Below are positions 61,727 to 64,000 of a stretch of 64,000 bases of DNA, piece by piece. The notes under the pieces were generated by a model that ran no database searches, had not been told where the DNA came from, and worked only from the letters and a program-made list of their open reading frames with translations. The stretch comes from Squalus acanthias (lineage: Eukaryota): the NCBI GenBank assembly GCA_030390025.1, contig CM059431.1, positions 116,004,001 through 116,068,000 on the forward strand. Reading direction: 5' to 3'. Both the position numbers and the translations under genes were made by a program. Position 1 is the stretch's first letter; each line of letters starts with the position of its first letter.

Positions 61727-62131
61727 CAGGAAACTCTTTATTAACCGGCACCGACGGACCGGCGTGGTGCCGGTTTATCGAAAGTACCGGATAACGGAGA
61801 GTTATATCTACCGAGGCTATTTTTAACAAAGAAAAATAAATAAATCAAGAAATGTGCAGTATACTTCCGACAGCGCCAGGAGGCCGAGTAGTGGCACTTT
61901 TGAAAACTACCCCTACTGACTAAATCGGCGTTCGCGGACTCGGACTCGGACTCGGGATCGGCAACATTGCCGGTTATTTGAGAGGAGTTTTCGGAGTACT
62001 CGGCGTTCGCGGAGACTCGACTGCGACTCGGCAACATTGCCGGTTATTTGAGAGGAGTTTTCGGAGGATGATTTTTGCCGGTTAAGCGAGAATTCCGGAT
62101 ATTTGGGTGCTGGATAAACAAAAGTTTCCTG
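61727..62131. mobile_element. Tc1/mariner-pogo (Tigger-like) MITE
   Basis: TA-flanked ~26-bp TIRs CAGGAAACTCTTTATTAACCGGCACC / GGTGCTGGATAAACAAAAGTTTCCTG. CpG-rich, with an internal ~70-bp tandem duplication. Confidence 0.82.
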
Positions 62132-62499
62132 TACAATGGATGCACTGTACTGTATTTACTGAAGACATGCTTCAGTACTGCTCTGTGCAGAATAATTGCA
62201 GTCATAATACAATAATGAGTATTTCAGGTCAATGCACACAACTGTACATAACATATATACCAACACATATTGGGCATCAATGTTTCATAGTTTCCATGTT
62301 TTAACTTGTTCTGTGTCAATGTTCTATTTAATATGTCATGCCATTGTATTGATTTAGCCTTCCAACAAACAAAACATTTAGGAATTGCTCTAAAATTCGA
62401 CATTGCACATTTTCCTTGAAAATCTAGTAACTTCTTTCAATAAGTTGCTGTTTTAAAAATGTAAATGAAGACATAATTTAGGGATAAAATATTGGGGCT

Positions 62500-63720
62500 G
62501 ATTTCCCTGACGTCTTCTGTGACCTTGGTGAACTATCCCTTTGCATCCTTCTTGAACTCTCTGCAATCTCTGACATGGTCGACGACACCGTCCTCCTCCA
62601 ACACCTCTGTTCCATTATCGAGCTCAGTGGGACTACCCTTGCTTGGTTCCACTCTTACCTTTCCAAACATAGCTAGAGAATCTCCAGCAATAGCGTCTCA
62701 TGCCCCCCCACACCATTACCTCTGGAGTCCCCCAAGGATCTATCCTTGCTCCTCTCCTGTTGCTCATCTACATGTTGCCGCTTGGCGACATCATCCAAAT
62801 ACATGGTGTTAGGTTCCAAATGTACATTGACTACACCCAGCTCTACCTGTCCACCAACTCTGTCGAACTTTCTGCTGCGTCTGTATTGTCAGACTGTTTG
62901 TCCAACATTCAGGCCTGGATGAGCGGCAATTTCCTCCAGCTAAACATTGGGAAGATCTAAGCCATTTGGCATCCACCACAAACTCTGGACCCTTGCCCAT
63001 GATTCCATTCCCTTCCCTGGTCATTGTCTCATGTTGAATCAGACTGTTCACAACCTCGATGTCTTATTTGACTCTGAACTGAGTTGCTGATGCCACATCT
63101 GCTCCATCACAAAGACCTACTTCCACCTCCATAACATCGCCTGTCTCTGCTTCTGCCTCAGCTCATCTGCTGTTGAAACCCTCAACCATGTCTTTGCCAC
63201 CTCAAGGCTCAACTATTCCAATGCTGACCTGGCCGGCCTCCCATCCTCCACCATCCATAAGCTTCAGCTCATCCAAAGCTCTGCTGTCTGTATGCTATCC
63301 TGCACCAAGTCCCACTCACCCACCACCCCCTATACTCCAGGTCTCCCAGTGCCTCAAATTTTAACCTCTCATCTTTGTGCTCAATTCCCTTATGGCCTTG
63401 TCCCTCTCTATTGCTATAAGCTTCTCCAGTCCTACATCCCCCTGAGAGCTCTGCATTTTTCCAACACTGACCTCTTGTGCATCCCGAAATCCCATCATTG
63501 GCAGCTATGCTTTGAACCGGCTAGGCCCTAAGCTCTGGAATTCCCTCTCTACATTTCTCCTCCTCTTTCTTTTACCTCACCTCCTTTAAGACCCTCTTTA
63601 AAACCTACCTCTTTGACCAAACCTTTTTTGGATCATTGTCAATTTTCATCTGATGATGCTTCAGTTCGAATGTTTGTCTATGTAAAATGCACTATATAAA
63701 TGCAAGGTGTTGCTGTTGTT
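62500..63720 (+). mobile_element. L2-clade LINE 3' fragment
   Basis: ORF 62700..62960 SGVPQGSILAPLL..YMLPLGDII..HG..TQLY..WMSGNFLQLN. Tail ctatataaatgcaaggtgttgctgttgtt. Confidence 0.85.
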
Positions 63721-64000
63721 CATTGAGCCCCCGGTACAGCTCCATCCTCTGACAGGGTCATACCATGGGAAACAGAGTGCAGCTGTAAGAGTCGCAGATC
63801 TGCAGTTGTAGATTTGGCTTCTGGCCTCATTGCTTTCTTGGTTCTATTGGAGAATGGTAGCCAGAAGGCCCCAAATCCTAAAGTGGTTACTGGAAAAAAA
63901 AAGTGAACTAACCTTTTGGATTCTTATTACCTTGCTGCCTCATCACCCTAGCCTCTCTGAGGGGTGTCCAGGTGCAAGGCTCACCATCAGCTTCTTGGGG

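Overview
Eukaryotic, repeat-dominated vertebrate DNA. The repeat mix (CR1 LINEs, a SacSINE1-like DeuSINE, L2, Penelope, Harbinger) points to a cartilaginous fish; this is an inference. No host protein-coding exon could be supported. Highlights: (1) two families of short Penelope-derived fold-back elements with 10-16 bp target-site duplications (TSDs), whose terminal repeat carries a minimal type I hammerhead ribozyme motif (CUGANGA...GAAA-palindrome-UH); one copy is still attached to a GIY-YIG endonuclease C-terminus. (2) A ~17.8 kb, five-level nested stack at 36.6-54.5 kb (RTE > hAT-type MITE > Harbinger > CR1 > three Harbinger derivatives plus another CR1), traceable by TIRs and TSDs. (3) A PIF/Harbinger family with convergent transposase and 3-exon Myb/SANT genes; one copy (46663-50062) keeps an almost intact spliced 454-aa Myb/SANT, coiled-coil and AT-hook ORF but has lost its transposase core. 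All calls were read by eye; no searches were run.
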